This document shows positions 9,626 to 25,319 of a DNA stretch of 39,769 bases, in pieces. Each line of letters opens with the position of its first letter. Position 1 is the stretch's first letter. The stretch comes from a virus (lineage: Duplodnaviria > Heunggongvirae > Uroviricota > Caudoviricetes): the IMG/VR virus record IMGVR_UViG_2541047701_000005, positions 1-39,769 of that record; one strand, 5' to 3'. The translations under genes were made by a program, and so were the position numbers. Below the pieces are notes generated by a model. It did not search any database. It had not been told where the DNA came from and saw only the letters and a program-made list of their open reading frames with translations.

Positions 9626-10082
9626 TCTTTAGCTCCTCGTATTTTGAGCGCGGTAACTGATAAATCGTGATGCCTACAGGCTTTCCATTGCTGGTATAAG
9701 CATCATCAAGGTGACCAACACGGGTAGCGCCAAGCAAACGGATAATTGCCCGTCCGTATTTCGTTGTGTCAGGAACCATGGTGATGCTGTTAAGGAATGG
9801 TGAGTTTTCGAGAAGCCATTTGCAGAATAATCGATGCCCTTGCAGTGCATATTCACCACGGAATCCGGGGTCGTACACCGCATGGCATTCAACAACGCTA
9901 TGCCAGAAGTTACGCACTTCATGAACGCCAGCCAGCACTAATCCTTCGTAGATGCCGAGGTATACCGCATCAGGCTTGATGTAGTATTTATCTCCACTGT
10001 CTACGATATTTCCCGTGTTTGCCGGGTTGTTAAGGAATTCTGCAAGCTTCACCGGATTATCGATGAGCTTTATTTCCATCAC
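9600..10082 (-). CDS. P22 gp14-like protein (DNA-ejection/assembly associated)
   Basis: 160 aa, located between tail needle and gp7 homologs as gene 14 is in P22. Confidence 0.65.
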   Translation of the reverse strand: MMEIKLIDNPVKLAEFLNNPANTGNIVDSGDKYYIKPDAVYLGIYEGLVLAGVHEVRNFWHSVVECHAVYDPGFRGEYALQGHRLFCKWLLENSPFLNSITMVPDTTKYGRAIIRLLGATRVGHLDDAYTSNGKPVGITIYQLPRSKYEELKNVNFPDCQ

Positions 10083-11032
10083 TGCTCCGCAATGATTTTG
10101 ATGGTTGTGGCAGTAAACGCCGCACCATTTGACTGAATGGTTAACGTACTGCCATTTGTGGCAAGAAAGCCGTCTTTATCCACACTGAAGAACGTAGCTA
10201 ACAGGATGTTATCGGTCGTTGTCGCCGAGTTGCGACTGCTTACCAGTGTGTCAGGAACAGATCCGGAAAAGGTTAGCTGAATTGACCTGTTGGCGGTTCC
10301 GCTGGGCCACGCCCCGACGATCGACAGCTTGAAGAACAAGGTTTTGTTCTCGTTGAACACAACCATCTTGTTGTTAACGGTGTCGAAGAATGGTGCCAAC
10401 GTGCCGGATGCCGGCGTGAGCGTTTTCAGCAGGCTAACAAGGTTGGTCGGCGCTGTCGGGATGGTTACTGATACGCCAGAGTAAACAACCTCTGACTTCT
10501 TGCGAGTAGTGGCATACTCAAGCGCAGATATTCTTGTTGAGTGATCACCAACTGTGCTTTGAAGCGTCGAAATGCTTCCTTCAGCCGCTGTTAGCCTGGT
10601 ATCCAGTGCGTCGATATCTGTTGCATTCTGAGTTATGCGCGCATCATGGTTTGCTAACTCAGATTCATTGGCAGCAATTCGCGTCTCGTGATCAGCCAGC
10701 TCTGTTTCGGCAGCCGTAATCCTTGTTTCATGATCTGCAAGAGTGCTTTCCGCTGCTGTGATTCTATGTTCATGATTGACGAGAGTTTCTTCAGCAGTTT
10801 CAATTCTGGATTCATGGTCTGCAAGGGTGACATCCTGCTCATCATTCTTCACCTGTGCATCGTAAGCGCCCTTCCCTGCTTCGTTGGCCTTGTTCGCCAC
10901 GTTACCAACATCAGTGCCCTGTGCAATAACGTACAGCAGATACGACTGCGAGAAGATATTGCGTGGAAGGACTGATGTATCGAGCCGCGTAGCCTGGATG
11001 ATTACCGGCTCATTGAGATTCGAATCAGCCAT
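10079..11032 (-). CDS. Tail needle (P22 gp26-like) with extended C-terminal domain
   Basis: Start at internal ATG ([43 protein letters not shown]...) which closely matches the P22 gp26 N-terminus. Trimeric coiled-coil repeats (DHESRIE, NHEHRIT, DHETRIT...). 317 aa versus ~233 aa in P22. Confidence 0.85.
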   Translation of the reverse strand: MADSNLNEPVIIQATRLDTSVLPRNIFSQSYLLYVIAQGTDVGNVANKANEAGKGAYDAQVKNDEQDVTLADHESRIETAEETLVNHEHRITAAESTLADHETRITAAETELADHETRIAANESELANHDARITQNATDIDALDTRLTAAEGSISTLQSTVGDHSTRISALEYATTRKKSEVVYSGVSVTIPTAPTNLVSLLKTLTPASGTLAPFFDTVNNKMVVFNENKTLFFKLSIVGAWPSGTANRSIQLTFSGSVPDTLVSSRNSATTTDNILLATFFSVDKDGFLATNGSTLTIQSNGAAFTATTIKIIAEQ

Positions 11033-12450
11033 TACTCGATCCTTATCTGGCAACCAGACAGAGTGACAGGTGACTTGGTGATAACGCGCAATTTGAAACC
11101 GACATTTTTCCTGATGCGCCCTACTCGCTTCCACAAAACGCGTTTGTCGTAAACGAACGGTTCATTCTGCTCAATCATCTGCTCACGCCCGTAATTGATG
11201 CCGTCAGTGGTTGCAGAGAGGAACAGGCGGTCGGCGTACTGAGCTACGCCAGTGGATGATTCCACCTCCAGATCGAAGCATCTGGCGTTATCTGCTTTGA
11301 ACAACGGAGTAAACAGCAGGTGTTCCTGTTGCTTGTCGTACTGGCTGCTGATATCGAACTGCAATTTCCCGGTCACGGACTCCAGCTTATCTCCGCACGT
11401 TATCTGATTGCCTTCATAAATGAAGTCGATAGCGCGGTACACATCGTCATACAGGCCTGTTTTCAACACACACCATTGCGGACCATTGGCGCTTGAAGAT
11501 GCGTCGTACACGAGGACGTGACGCGGAAGATGGATAATCAGCAACTCATGCGCATCAAACCGCAGCGATTCCATTACGCCATCAGCCAGTTCATCAGCAG
11601 TGTAGGAGCGGAGAATTTTCTCAATGCTCGCGCTGGCGATTGGTGATACCTGACCGGAACCGATGATGTACACAGACGGCGCACCTGTTGCCGGATTGCT
11701 GATGAACGCATACGAGTCAGCAAACGGCGTTTTGCAGTAGGTTCCGGCAATGCCTTTCTGCACCATCAGTGATGGCTGGGCGACATACAAAGCAGCACCA
11801 ACGGTGGTTGCACCAGTCAGGGAGAAATATTCAATCGTCGATGAACCAAAGCAGACGATGAAGTCTCGCCATGTGCCGATACCGATGATGCCGTCCGGCT
11901 GCGACTCGGCACGATATTGTGCGCTGTAGCGGTCAGGATGCGATTCATCTTCAAGGTCAGTGATAAACCATGAATCAGTTCCGTCTTTTGACCACGCATA
12001 ACGCCCACGTAAGCGCGTAATATCGCGGACTGAGCCTAACTCATACTGCGTGAATCCGCTGTCTGTAGGCCAGTTTGAGACGGTTTTAACCGTGCCATCA
12101 TAACGATACTCTACCAGTTGACCATTAACGCCTACCGCCTGTGATGTCCTACCATGCGCCATTGATACGCGACCACTTCCGGCAACATCACCGACTTCAC
12201 TTTCGCCTTTGTACAGCCTGCCACCACACACGCGATAAACAGCACTCTGCGCCATGTTGTACTCGACGCCGCGAGATACACCGTTCACATCAGATCGTTT
12301 GGCAATGCCCGGGAATGAGCGAAGATATCCGCTGCTGTTCAGGATTTCTTTGGGTGTAGCCAGCATATTCACTGGCAGATAGTCGATATAGTCGGCGTTT
12401 CGAAAGTCTTTGCCGACACCTTTCATAAGCGGAAGTTGCTGAATCGGCAT
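11032..12450 (-). CDS. Tail hub protein, P22 gp10-like
   Basis: 472 aa (same as P22 gp10), conserved position between gp4 and needle. Confidence 0.8.
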   Translation of the reverse strand: MPIQQLPLMKGVGKDFRNADYIDYLPVNMLATPKEILNSSGYLRSFPGIAKRSDVNGVSRGVEYNMAQSAVYRVCGGRLYKGESEVGDVAGSGRVSMAHGRTSQAVGVNGQLVEYRYDGTVKTVSNWPTDSGFTQYELGSVRDITRLRGRYAWSKDGTDSWFITDLEDESHPDRYSAQYRAESQPDGIIGIGTWRDFIVCFGSSTIEYFSLTGATTVGAALYVAQPSLMVQKGIAGTYCKTPFADSYAFISNPATGAPSVYIIGSGQVSPIASASIEKILRSYTADELADGVMESLRFDAHELLIIHLPRHVLVYDASSSANGPQWCVLKTGLYDDVYRAIDFIYEGNQITCGDKLESVTGKLQFDISSQYDKQQEHLLFTPLFKADNARCFDLEVESSTGVAQYADRLFLSATTDGINYGREQMIEQNEPFVYDKRVLWKRVGRIRKNVGFKLRVITKSPVTLSGCQIRIE

Positions 12451-12459
12451 TTATTCACC

Positions 12460-12921
12460 TCACGTACTCGGATCATCTTTCTCGATGTAAAACCGATTCC
12501 ACGTAAACGCGCTTTTGTTACCACTACCGCGAGGCATGCCATTTCGCCGCTCAAGTGGTGGTATTTTGGTTAAAGCGATGCAGATTGTCTGATATGCACT
12601 GTCAGCAGCGGTAAGGAGAGCGTCTGACGGCTGAATGACGTTATCCATGCACACCTGCACAGCGAGCTTCAAAGCGACGCCATCATTTGCCCATGCAGGG
12701 ATACCTGAATCATCGTCAGGTAACGGCATGATGCCGTTTTCTGTATCAGCAAACTGATACCCAAGCTCGATACCTTTAGCCTGCCATGCTGCCATCATGT
12801 CTTCGAGGTCATTAATGGCATCTTCAATTGCCTGAGGGTCAGCATCTGTCAACGTGGCATTGGAATACAGCCCAGCTTTTCGTAAAGCCTTTAGAACGAG
12901 ATCACCCTTCGTTTTCGCCAT
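12460..12921 (-). CDS. Tail adaptor / head completion protein, P22 gp4-like
   Basis: 153 aa, position immediately downstream of coat region, N-terminus MAKTKGDLVLKALRKAGL. Confidence 0.75.
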   Translation of the reverse strand: MAKTKGDLVLKALRKAGLYSNATLTDADPQAIEDAINDLEDMMAAWQAKGIELGYQFADTENGIMPLPDDDSGIPAWANDGVALKLAVQVCMDNVIQPSDALLTAADSAYQTICIALTKIPPLERRNGMPRGSGNKSAFTWNRFYIEKDDPST

Positions 12922-13090
12922 CTTCTTCCGCCTTAGCCACTTTTTGCTTCGTTGCGGTTTCTTCAGGAGTTTTCACCCAACCTTTTTTCAGGTGAGATTT
13001 AACTTCTTCGTCATCAACAATGATGTAATCGACAGCAAACTGACCACAGGTGATCATGTTGCCAGGCTTATAGAGCATTGTTCGTGCCAT
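12902..13090 (-). CDS. Small hypothetical protein (62 aa) between coat and gp4
   Basis: Internal ATG at 13090 with GGGAGAAG RBS directly after the coat terminator; acidic C-terminus. Confidence 0.4.
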   Translation of the reverse strand: MARTMLYKPGNMITCGQFAVDYIIVDDEEVKSHLKKGWVKTPEETATKQKVAKAEEDGENEG

Positions 13091-13101
13091 TGTCTTCTCC
13101 C

Positions 13102-13124
13102 AATAAAAATGGGGCCGAAGCCCC
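13102..13124 (-). terminator. Intrinsic terminator after coat gene (GGGGCTTCGGCCCC hairpin plus U-tract)
   Basis: Perfect GC-rich hairpin with UUCG loop immediately after the coat stop codon, followed on the minus strand by ATTTTTATT. Confidence 0.65.
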
Positions 13125-13131
13125 ACCAAAA

Positions 13132-14385
13132 TTACTGCCCGGCAATAACGATGCCCGTATATTCAGGAACAAGTACAGAGCAACCGTACAGGGTGGTGAA
13201 ACGCGCAGTGGTTACGCCTTTGATGTGGTCGAAGGCGTAAGACATGATCAGCGTAGCGCCCTGCTCGGTGGTTGCTGTCATTACCTGTGGACCCTGACCA
13301 GTCGGGAACGCCAGTTTGCCGAACATCAGCTCAACAGAACCATCAGCCCAGAACAGGTTAGCCGGTGCGGCATTCTTGTTGAGAATGGTAATTGCTGCAC
13401 CATTTGACGCGTTAGCATCAACGTTTGCATATGGACGGCTGGCGACATCTGCGTTGTCAGGCGGAAGAATTTTCGGGGAGATAGTTACTGTCGTTCCGCT
13501 TACTGCCAGAACGCGGAATACCTGCGGCTGCCCGGTGGTGTCTTTGGTGATCTGGTGTACAGAATTCACGCCAGCAATGGTGAACGCATCGCCAACCTGC
13601 AAACCAGATGCAGATACCGTAATGGTCCCCTGTCGGTTATCCACTGGCATATCGTTGGCATCTTTCGCTTCAACCTTGTGCGCAGGTTCCGCCGCCAGTG
13701 TCAGGGAAGTTGCTGTACCCTTCGGAACACGACCAGAAATATCGGTCTTGTAGCTATCGAAGGACGCAACCGGAGGGATCTGCGCTTTTTCGTATGCTGT
13801 CAGGGTTGCGCCCTGAGCATAGGCACGGTGACCAAGCTCGCCAGCAAGGTCTTTGTAGTTGAAGGGGTTCCAGAAAGAGCGACGGTTGATACCCTGCGGT
13901 ACACCAATCGCCGTCATGGTGGCATCAATACCTGCCGCACAGTTCCACAAATCACGGCCCTGTGAACCAGTGGTTGAGTCAGCCATTGTGATCACGTTAG
14001 TAGCACGCTGCGTGACCATGGAAATCAGGTCAGAGTCAATCTGTGCAGCAAGGCGCATACCTGCGGCTCGACCAGCTTCAGTTTTATGTTCCGGGTCACG
14101 CATTTCACGCGCATCCAGAGTGTACAGAATGTTTTTCGGCTCCTTGAACACAGAAGGAACAAGGCGCTGAACCAGTGCTGTAGGCGTTTTGCCGCTGAGA
14201 TCGAGGCCTTCTTCAATGTTCATGTGGTAATGCTGCGGACGATACAGAACATCACCTGCTCGCTGCATTGCGGTATCACCGGGACGGAATTTTTTAGCGT
14301 TACGGGAAACTACGCAGGCGGCCTCAAAGCCTTCAACGTAGTTTTCGAACATGATTTCAAGGTCTTTTGCTAATTGGTTAGCCAT
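13132..14385 (-). CDS. Major capsid (coat) protein, P22 gp5-like
   Basis: 417 aa; position after scaffold; C-terminal region resembles P22-family coat proteins. Confidence 0.85.
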   Translation of the reverse strand: MANQLAKDLEIMFENYVEGFEAACVVSRNAKKFRPGDTAMQRAGDVLYRPQHYHMNIEEGLDLSGKTPTALVQRLVPSVFKEPKNILYTLDAREMRDPEHKTEAGRAAGMRLAAQIDSDLISMVTQRATNVITMADSTTGSQGRDLWNCAAGIDATMTAIGVPQGINRRSFWNPFNYKDLAGELGHRAYAQGATLTAYEKAQIPPVASFDSYKTDISGRVPKGTATSLTLAAEPAHKVEAKDANDMPVDNRQGTITVSASGLQVGDAFTIAGVNSVHQITKDTTGQPQVFRVLAVSGTTVTISPKILPPDNADVASRPYANVDANASNGAAITILNKNAAPANLFWADGSVELMFGKLAFPTGQGPQVMTATTEQGATLIMSYAFDHIKGVTTARFTTLYGCSVLVPEYTGIVIAGQ

Positions 14386-14403
14386 GCTTAATGCTCCGAT
14401 AGG

Positions 14404-15297
14404 TTATTTTTTTGCCTTTTTAGCGGCGAAATACGGCGTCCAGTCACCAGTTTCCAGCGCCTTGGCTTTAAGTTTGTCGAGGTTGTTGATTACTGCGCCG
14501 TTGCTCCACTTAACTGTCGGGGTTGTGGCTGCCGTGGTTTTTGCTTTTGGCATGATTCTGGCCTTCGATTCGATACGTTCCAGCAGACGACCAATTGCTA
14601 CGGGGTTGGTAGCTTCTGCCAGTTGCTTGCGCAGTTCAGCGTTGCGACCGAGCGCCAGAACAACGATTTCCGGCTTCTCTGACTCAAACAGGATCGCGTT
14701 TTGTGTCTCGATGGGGATTTCCTCGAGTACGGCCTGTTCTGCTTCCTGATAGCCAGGAACTTTGAGAGCCTTAACACGTTGCTGATATTTGGATAATCGC
14801 TCTTGATAGGCAGCCTGAAGCTCCTGCTCCTTCTGCTTGCGAGCCATCTCCTGTTGCTGGTACTTGCCGTTATCCTCTGCCCACTTAGCCATGCGTTGCT
14901 GGTAGATTTCTTCATCGAAACCGATGTCCTCATCGTCCAGTTTTGGCATTCGCGGTGGTTGAGTGATTACCGGCTGCTGCTCTACGGGTTTCTGAGACTG
15001 ACGCATCAGCTCTTTCAGCTCGCGGTCTTTCTCTTTAATCGTCTTGCGCAGGTGTTTTACCAGTCCATGCTCTGCGCCATCTTCGCTGGTTGGCGAATCC
15101 AGCTTTTCGTCACCAAAGTAGAATTCCTGTTCTGATTCGTCGTCATCAGTTTCAGTATCTTCCTCTGCATCATTGCCGGAGGACTCTCTGCCATCTTCTG
15201 TTTCGACTTCTTCAGCCCGTTCGACATCATCAGGAATCTGCTCTGACGCGTCGGTTTCGATTTCAACTTCTGGTGTGTTTTCTGCCATCTGGTCCAT
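14404..15297 (-). CDS. Scaffolding protein, P22 gp8-like
   Basis: 297 aa, highly acidic N-terminus, helical charged middle, basic C-terminal tail; between portal and coat. Confidence 0.8.
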   Translation of the reverse strand: MDQMAENTPEVEIETDASEQIPDDVERAEEVETEDGRESSGNDAEEDTETDDDESEQEFYFGDEKLDSPTSEDGAEHGLVKHLRKTIKEKDRELKELMRQSQKPVEQQPVITQPPRMPKLDDEDIGFDEEIYQQRMAKWAEDNGKYQQQEMARKQKEQELQAAYQERLSKYQQRVKALKVPGYQEAEQAVLEEIPIETQNAILFESEKPEIVVLALGRNAELRKQLAEATNPVAIGRLLERIESKARIMPKAKTTAATTPTVKWSNGAVINNLDKLKAKALETGDWTPYFAAKKAKK

Positions 15298-15387
15298 TTG
15301 TTACCCCTGTTTACTCGATGTTCAGCCCATCGGAAGGCAATAGGGCGCCAGGCCTCATAAAGACAGCCATTGCACGTTATGGGTTAA

Positions 15388-21399
<6,012 letters not shown>

Positions 21400-21401
21400 G
21401 T

Positions 21402-21644
21402 TTATGCTCCGGTAGTGAACAGGTCTGACGCTTCCTTCGATTTACGCACCGCTTCGATAGTGCGGGTCGTGATATCTGAATTAGCGCCGCCTGACTGGAA
21501 GTGAATTTTGAATAGCTCAAGCTTCAGCTCGTCAGTGCCGATGAATTGAAATGCTTCTTCTGCGGCTGCGTTCTGGTTCATGACCAGTTTGTAAATCTCT
21601 AGCTGGAATTTCTGTTCTTCAGTCATGGGAATAATCTCTGCCAT
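21402..21644 (-). CDS. Hypothetical protein (80 aa)
   Basis: ORF directly upstream of TerS, no recognisable motif. Confidence 0.4.
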   Translation of the reverse strand: MAEIIPMTEEQKFQLEIYKLVMNQNAAAEEAFQFIGTDELKLELFKIHFQSGGANSDITTRTIEAVRKSKEASDLFTTGA

Positions 21645-21900
21645 TGTTGGCTCCGTTTATCCGTTAAAAGGGATATCAGTTAAGTTATCCCGTGTAGGGT
21701 ATAAGCCATTGTCGAGACCACTCATTGAATGGCCTCTGCAATAACCGATGTCTTTCCATCAGTCCGCCACCACAAAGAATCTTTTTTGCCATAAGGCAGG
21801 AGGTTCATCTTTCAGTGGCTGCCAGTGTTATTTCCCCACTTACTGGCTTGGGTTGTTTCGCTGTACTGCCGTAATGCAAAAACTGGATTAACCTGCGAAA

Positions 21901-22431
21901 TCACACCATTCCGGGCAAATACATTTGCACTTCATTTGCCGCTCTCTCACGTGCAACATGAAGCAATCTTTTTCGCCCACCAACGCCCCACTTAGCCATT
22001 TGGCTTGCGCACTGGCTTATCGCTTTGGTTTCAGTATTGATGATGTGATCGATTCTATTCAGACGGGACATTGCGCCAACGCCGAGACGGACAACCGTTT
22101 TGAAAACTTCATAAACTTCGATTTCAAATTCCGGCTTAATCCATGCTGCATATCTGATTGCCAGAAGTTCAACACCCCACACACCTGGTTCTGCACCACC
22201 TTTGATTATTTTAAGTGGTTGAATTTGTTCCAAAGTGCTTTTTTGCACTTTGGCCTCCAGTGCTTTTATGAAGCGTTTTATCTGCGCGCTACGCAAAAAC
22301 TGGCTTGGGCGCTGTTGCTCTGTAGCCTCTCCATTTGCAACTGCTGCTGCATGGAGATCGTTTAAGTTGTAGCGTCCATCCTCATCAACACGAACGGACA
22401 CACCATTGACAATAACTGTTGGGTACTTCAT
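21901..22431 (-). CDS. KilA-N domain protein (moron between lysis and packaging genes)
   Basis: 176 aa; VSVRVDEDGRYNLNDLHAAA...GVWGVELLAIRYAAWIKPEFEIEVYEVF resembles KilA-N/APSES-type domains; flanked by ~200-250 bp non-coding DNA on both sides. Confidence 0.55.
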   Translation of the reverse strand: MKYPTVIVNGVSVRVDEDGRYNLNDLHAAAVANGEATEQQRPSQFLRSAQIKRFIKALEAKVQKSTLEQIQPLKIIKGGAEPGVWGVELLAIRYAAWIKPEFEIEVYEVFKTVVRLGVGAMSRLNRIDHIINTETKAISQCASQMAKWGVGGRKRLLHVARERAANEVQMYLPGMV

Positions 22432-22633
22432 CAGTGATCACCTTTTAGTGATGAACCTTGTCACACAGGATTCCGGCCCACAGAAAGGCACCGATCACCA
22501 AACCGGCATCCTCAAGGGTCATCCTGAAAGGTTCTGTGTTCATAAGTCGCGCGTGTGAAGCGCGTTTACTGCGGACATAAAAAAGCCCCGCATCGCGAGG
22601 CTCATTAAATGGACTTTGTGATTTGCAAAAAAA

Positions 22634-23071
22634 TTATTTCAGGCACTGAGTCCTGATGTACTCCTGCAGGTAGTTAACCTGCGCGGTTATCCTGTCGATT
22701 CCACTTCGGAGACGGTAATAATTGAGTTCAGCATCTGCTGTAAGTCTTGGGCTTTCTCCATCGCCCATGCTGCTGGCTCCGGTCGTTGACTTTGCACAGG
22801 TGGCGGAGACTTGCAGGCGCTTACGACCAGCAGAAACATCAGCACGGAGACTTTCGATAGTCGCGTTAGCATCAGCAAGCTCCTTTGTGTATCTGGCGTC
22901 GAGTTCTGCTACATCACGTTGACGCTTCTGCATGTCAGCGATGATGGATGTGACTTTATCGCGCTGCTCTTTGTAGGTCATGGCGTTATCACGGTAATGA
23001 TTAACCGCCCATGACAGGCAGACGATGATGCAGATAACCAGAGCGGAGATAATCGCGGTTAACCTGCTCAT
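22634..23071 (-). CDS. Rz: Spanin inner-membrane subunit Rz
   Basis: [30 protein letters not shown]... is near-identical in its N-terminus to lambda Rz; start overlaps the endolysin stop. Confidence 0.9.
   Translation of the reverse strand: MSRLTAIISALVICIIVCLSWAVNHYRDNAMTYKEQRDKVTSIIADMQKRQRDVAELDARYTKELADANATIESLRADVSAGRKRLQVSATCAKSTTGASSMGDGESPRLTADAELNYYRLRSGIDRITAQVNYLQEYIRTQCLK
22687..22878 (-). CDS. Rz1: Spanin outer-membrane lipoprotein subunit Rz1 (embedded in Rz, +1 frame)
   Basis: Embedded ORF with lipobox VVSAC and Pro-rich segment ([16 protein letters not shown]), as in lambda Rz1. Confidence 0.8.
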   Translation of the reverse strand: MLMLTRLSKVSVLMFLLVVSACKSPPPVQSQRPEPAAWAMEKAQDLQQMLNSIITVSEVESTG

Positions 23072-23571
23072 TGTTGCCCCCACAAACAGACTTCACGCTC
23101 AATCTCACGACGGGTCATCAGCCCTTTCCATTGCTTACCGCCAGCGTATGTCCAGCGCCGTAGCTGATCACATGCGCCCTTGATATCGCCCTGGTTTATT
23201 TTGCGAAGAAGCGTCGATGTTCTGAAATTGCCTGTGCCCACGTTATAGACGAACGAGTAAAGAGCGCCGCGCGTTGTTTCCGGTATATCGACTTTGATGT
23301 ACGGGTTAATTTGTCTGGCGACCGTGGCAAGGTCTTTATTCAGGAGGGCTTTGCATTCTGCTTCGGTATACGTTTTACCGAGCATGATGTCTTTTCCGGT
23401 GTGTCCGTGGCATACAGTCCATACACCAACAATATCTTTGTATGGTATGTAGCTGACACCTTCCAGACCATCGTTACCACTTGGTCCAGTGATTAACACA
23501 GATGCTATAGCAATAGCCCCGCCACTTATCGCCGCTATTACGCTATTTCGTAGTGCCGGTGACATTGCCAT
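23068..23571 (-). CDS. R: SAR endolysin (T4-lysozyme-type, phage 21 R-like)
   Basis: 167 aa; N-terminal Gly/Ala-rich signal-anchor-release segment [17 protein letters not shown] and catalytic region [25 protein letters not shown]; near-identical to phage 21 R as I recall it. Confidence 0.9.
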   Translation of the reverse strand: MAMSPALRNSVIAAISGGAIAIASVLITGPSGNDGLEGVSYIPYKDIVGVWTVCHGHTGKDIMLGKTYTEAECKALLNKDLATVARQINPYIKVDIPETTRGALYSFVYNVGTGNFRTSTLLRKINQGDIKGACDQLRRWTYAGGKQWKGLMTRREIEREVCLWGQQ

Positions 23572-23746
23572 TCAATCTGTCCTCGCGCTCTTTGCGCTTG
23601 TAGTACCAGTTGATGCCAAATGTGCCGACAGTACAAAGAATACCAATGATGACAGCCCAGTCATTCAGGGAGAGAATGCCACCCATCGCAGTCAGTCCTC
23701 CGAAGCTGTAACTGAACCATTCTCTGATTTTGTCCATACGGTACAT
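23543..23746 (-). CDS. S: Class II holin (pinholin-like) with dual-start motif
   Basis: 67 aa; N-terminus MYRMDK (Met1/Met4 dual start), two TM segments, basic C-terminus; overlaps the start of the SAR endolysin. Confidence 0.8.
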   Translation of the reverse strand: MYRMDKIREWFSYSFGGLTAMGGILSLNDWAVIIGILCTVGTFGINWYYKRKEREDRLNGNVTGTTK

Positions 23747-23989
23747 GCTCTACCCCTTCATTGAGGGGATTTGCTCTATTTAATTAGGAATAAGGTCGAT
23801 TACTGATAGAACAAATCCAGGCTACTGTGTTTAGTAATCAGATTTGTTCGTTACCGATATGCACGGGCAAAACGGCAGGAGGTTGTTAGCGCAGCCTCTT
23901 GCCACCCGCTTTCACGAAGGTCATATGTAGAAGGCCGCAGCATAACTATCACTGATGAATTCAGGATAGCCAGTGGCTACGGCTCAGTT

Positions 23990-24070
23990 TGGGTTGTGGC
24001 GGCCGGAATCGAACCGGCTTCCATCGGTGCGCTGCCGATTGCAGTACGCGCGGCGGTCAGCTACATGACT
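23990..24070 (-). other. tRNA-like element (probable degenerate tRNA or tRNA remnant)
   Basis: Minus-strand canonical T-arm GCCGG-TTCGATT-CCGGC followed by CGCCACA-A-CC, and an anticodon-arm-like hairpin ATCGG-CAGCGCA-CCGAT 4 nt upstream of the T-stem. No convincing D-arm or acceptor 5' strand at the expected distance. Coordinates approximate. Confidence 0.3.
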
Positions 24071-24194
24071 AGTATTTTCACTATCGCCTATCTGCTAGCT
24101 CGCCATTGAGATTCACCACAACGATAAGAGCACTGCGCGGCACCTTTCACCAATTCCGCGAGGTCTGCGGGTTCAATGCTCTTACCTGTTGTGC

Positions 24195-24239
24195 AAATAA
24201 AAAAGCCACCGTTGCAACTTAAGAGTCACTAACGGCAGC
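24195..24239 (-). terminator. tR'-like intrinsic terminator downstream of pR'
   Basis: Minus-strand hairpin GCTGCCGTT...AACGGTGGC (with wobble pairs, internal palindrome GTTGCAAC) followed by TTTTTTATTT. Confidence 0.5.
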
Positions 24240-24249
24240 TTACCTTCTA

Positions 24250-24279
24250 ATTATGGCTAAATGGCTAATTGCATGTCAA
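24250..24279 (-). promoter_or_regulatory. Late promoter pR' (-35 TTGACA, 18-nt spacer, -10 CATAAT) overlapping the Q stop codon
   Basis: Consensus -35 hexamer at 24274-24279 and -10 at 24250-24255 on the minus strand, immediately at the 3' end of Q. Confidence 0.55.
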
Positions 24280-24775
24280 GGCTTTTAACAGCAACATGCT
24301 TAACTTTCTCAACACGTTTACGCATTTTGAAAGCATTTTGCATTGGTTGGTACAAAACAAATAACGACGCTTTCAGGATGTCGTCAATTTCGTTTCTACA
24401 GGTTGCCAGTGAAGGTTTTCTCCATCCCTCGCCACCACGTCCACACATCTTGCGTGGCTTTGCAGTCGCGTGATAGTAGGATGCAATTGCTCGCTTAGAT
24501 GAACCATGAGCGTAGTAGCTGAGGAGGATGCCAAAGGCTTTCTTGTCAATGTACATGACGGAATCGACGACCTGAGAAATCAACATTCCATCATCATCAT
24601 TACACATTGGCCTTGTCATAACTCTTCCCGGCTCTACGCTCTCCATGAACTTCGCTATTACGCTGCTCATGCGCTTTTCCAGACGACCTGAATAAACCCA
24701 TGCGCCCCACAGCTCAAGCCAGCCATTCAGCCAATCGTGCTGTTCTTTGGTGAGGTTTAGCTCTCTTATGCTCAT
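24257..24775 (-). CDS. Q: Late-gene antiterminator Q (phage 21/82-type family)
   Basis: 172 aa; ELWGAWVYSGR...TRPMCNDDDGMLISQVVDSV...YYAHGSSKRAIASYY resembles Q proteins of 21/82-type lambdoid phages; directly upstream of pR' and the lysis cassette. Confidence 0.75.
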   Translation of the reverse strand: MSIRELNLTKEQHDWLNGWLELWGAWVYSGRLEKRMSSVIAKFMESVEPGRVMTRPMCNDDDGMLISQVVDSVMYIDKKAFGILLSYYAHGSSKRAIASYYHATAKPRKMCGRGGEGWRKPSLATCRNEIDDILKASLFVLYQPMQNAFKMRKRVEKVKHVAVKSLDMQLAI

Positions 24776-24960
24776 CGTCTTCCCTTTTTTCCTGGCGTGA
24801 CCATCAGGACGCCGTTAACTATTACATGACGCTCGCCTTTGCTGTCTCGGTTGTACTTGAGCACTGTTCCTCTTGCGCAGGAAAGCATCCTTGCCACTTC
24901 GGTCTGATTGCCTCGTGTCTGGATAAGAAGCTCTGGTATCGTTTGAATTGTGGCGTTCAT
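24772..24960 (-). CDS. ninH: NinH
   Basis: 62 aa; TIPELLIQTRGNQTEVARMLSCARGTVLKYNRDSKGERHVIVNGVLMV closely resembles lambda NinH. Confidence 0.85.
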   Translation of the reverse strand: MNATIQTIPELLIQTRGNQTEVARMLSCARGTVLKYNRDSKGERHVIVNGVLMVTPGKKGRR

Positions 24961-25319
24961 ACGTTCTCCAGTTCGGTGATTTTTATTCCAAGCCGTCCGC
25001 CTGGTACTTTCACACCACGAATTACGCGAATGTCATCGAATTGCTCGTCGTCTTCCGCAAATCCGGCGTGGATAAGAGAGTCGAGTAAACCTTTCAGGAT
25101 GTTATCGAGGTCGCGGCGGCGGGAGTCTGGAACGTCTGCGATGACTTTGATACGGAGTCGTGATTTGGTGAAAATGTCTAACTTGAGTTGGCGGATGATT
25201 TGCTGAACGTCTTTTCGGTATTTCTGGCCTTTATCGCTGATGTAGTATTGGCTTCCCCGTCTTCGCCAGTAGGTGTTCAGCGACGGCGGATATGGAAGCA
25301 CAAACTGATATTCGTTCAT
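24957..25319 (-). CDS. rusA: Holliday-junction resolvase RusA
   Basis: 120 aa; VLPYPPSLNTYWRRRG...DSRRRDLDNILKGLLDSLIHAGF...GGRLGIKITE matches the RusA family. Confidence 0.9.
   Translation of the reverse strand: MNEYQFVLPYPPSLNTYWRRRGSQYYISDKGQKYRKDVQQIIRQLKLDIFTKSRLRIKVIADVPDSRRRDLDNILKGLLDSLIHAGFAEDDEQFDDIRVIRGVKVPGGRLGIKITELENV

Noticed and set aside
15298-15387. 90-bp gap between portal and scaffold genes as a possible regulatory or small-RNA locus
   Set aside because: No convincing promoter, terminator or conserved structure seen; such short gaps are common between P22-like portal and scaffold genes.
23960-24110. A complete, functional tRNA gene
   Set aside because: Only the T-arm and 3' acceptor segment are canonical; the anticodon loop lacks U33 and I could not pair a D-arm or 5' acceptor strand at the correct distance. 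Reported only as a tRNA-like remnant.
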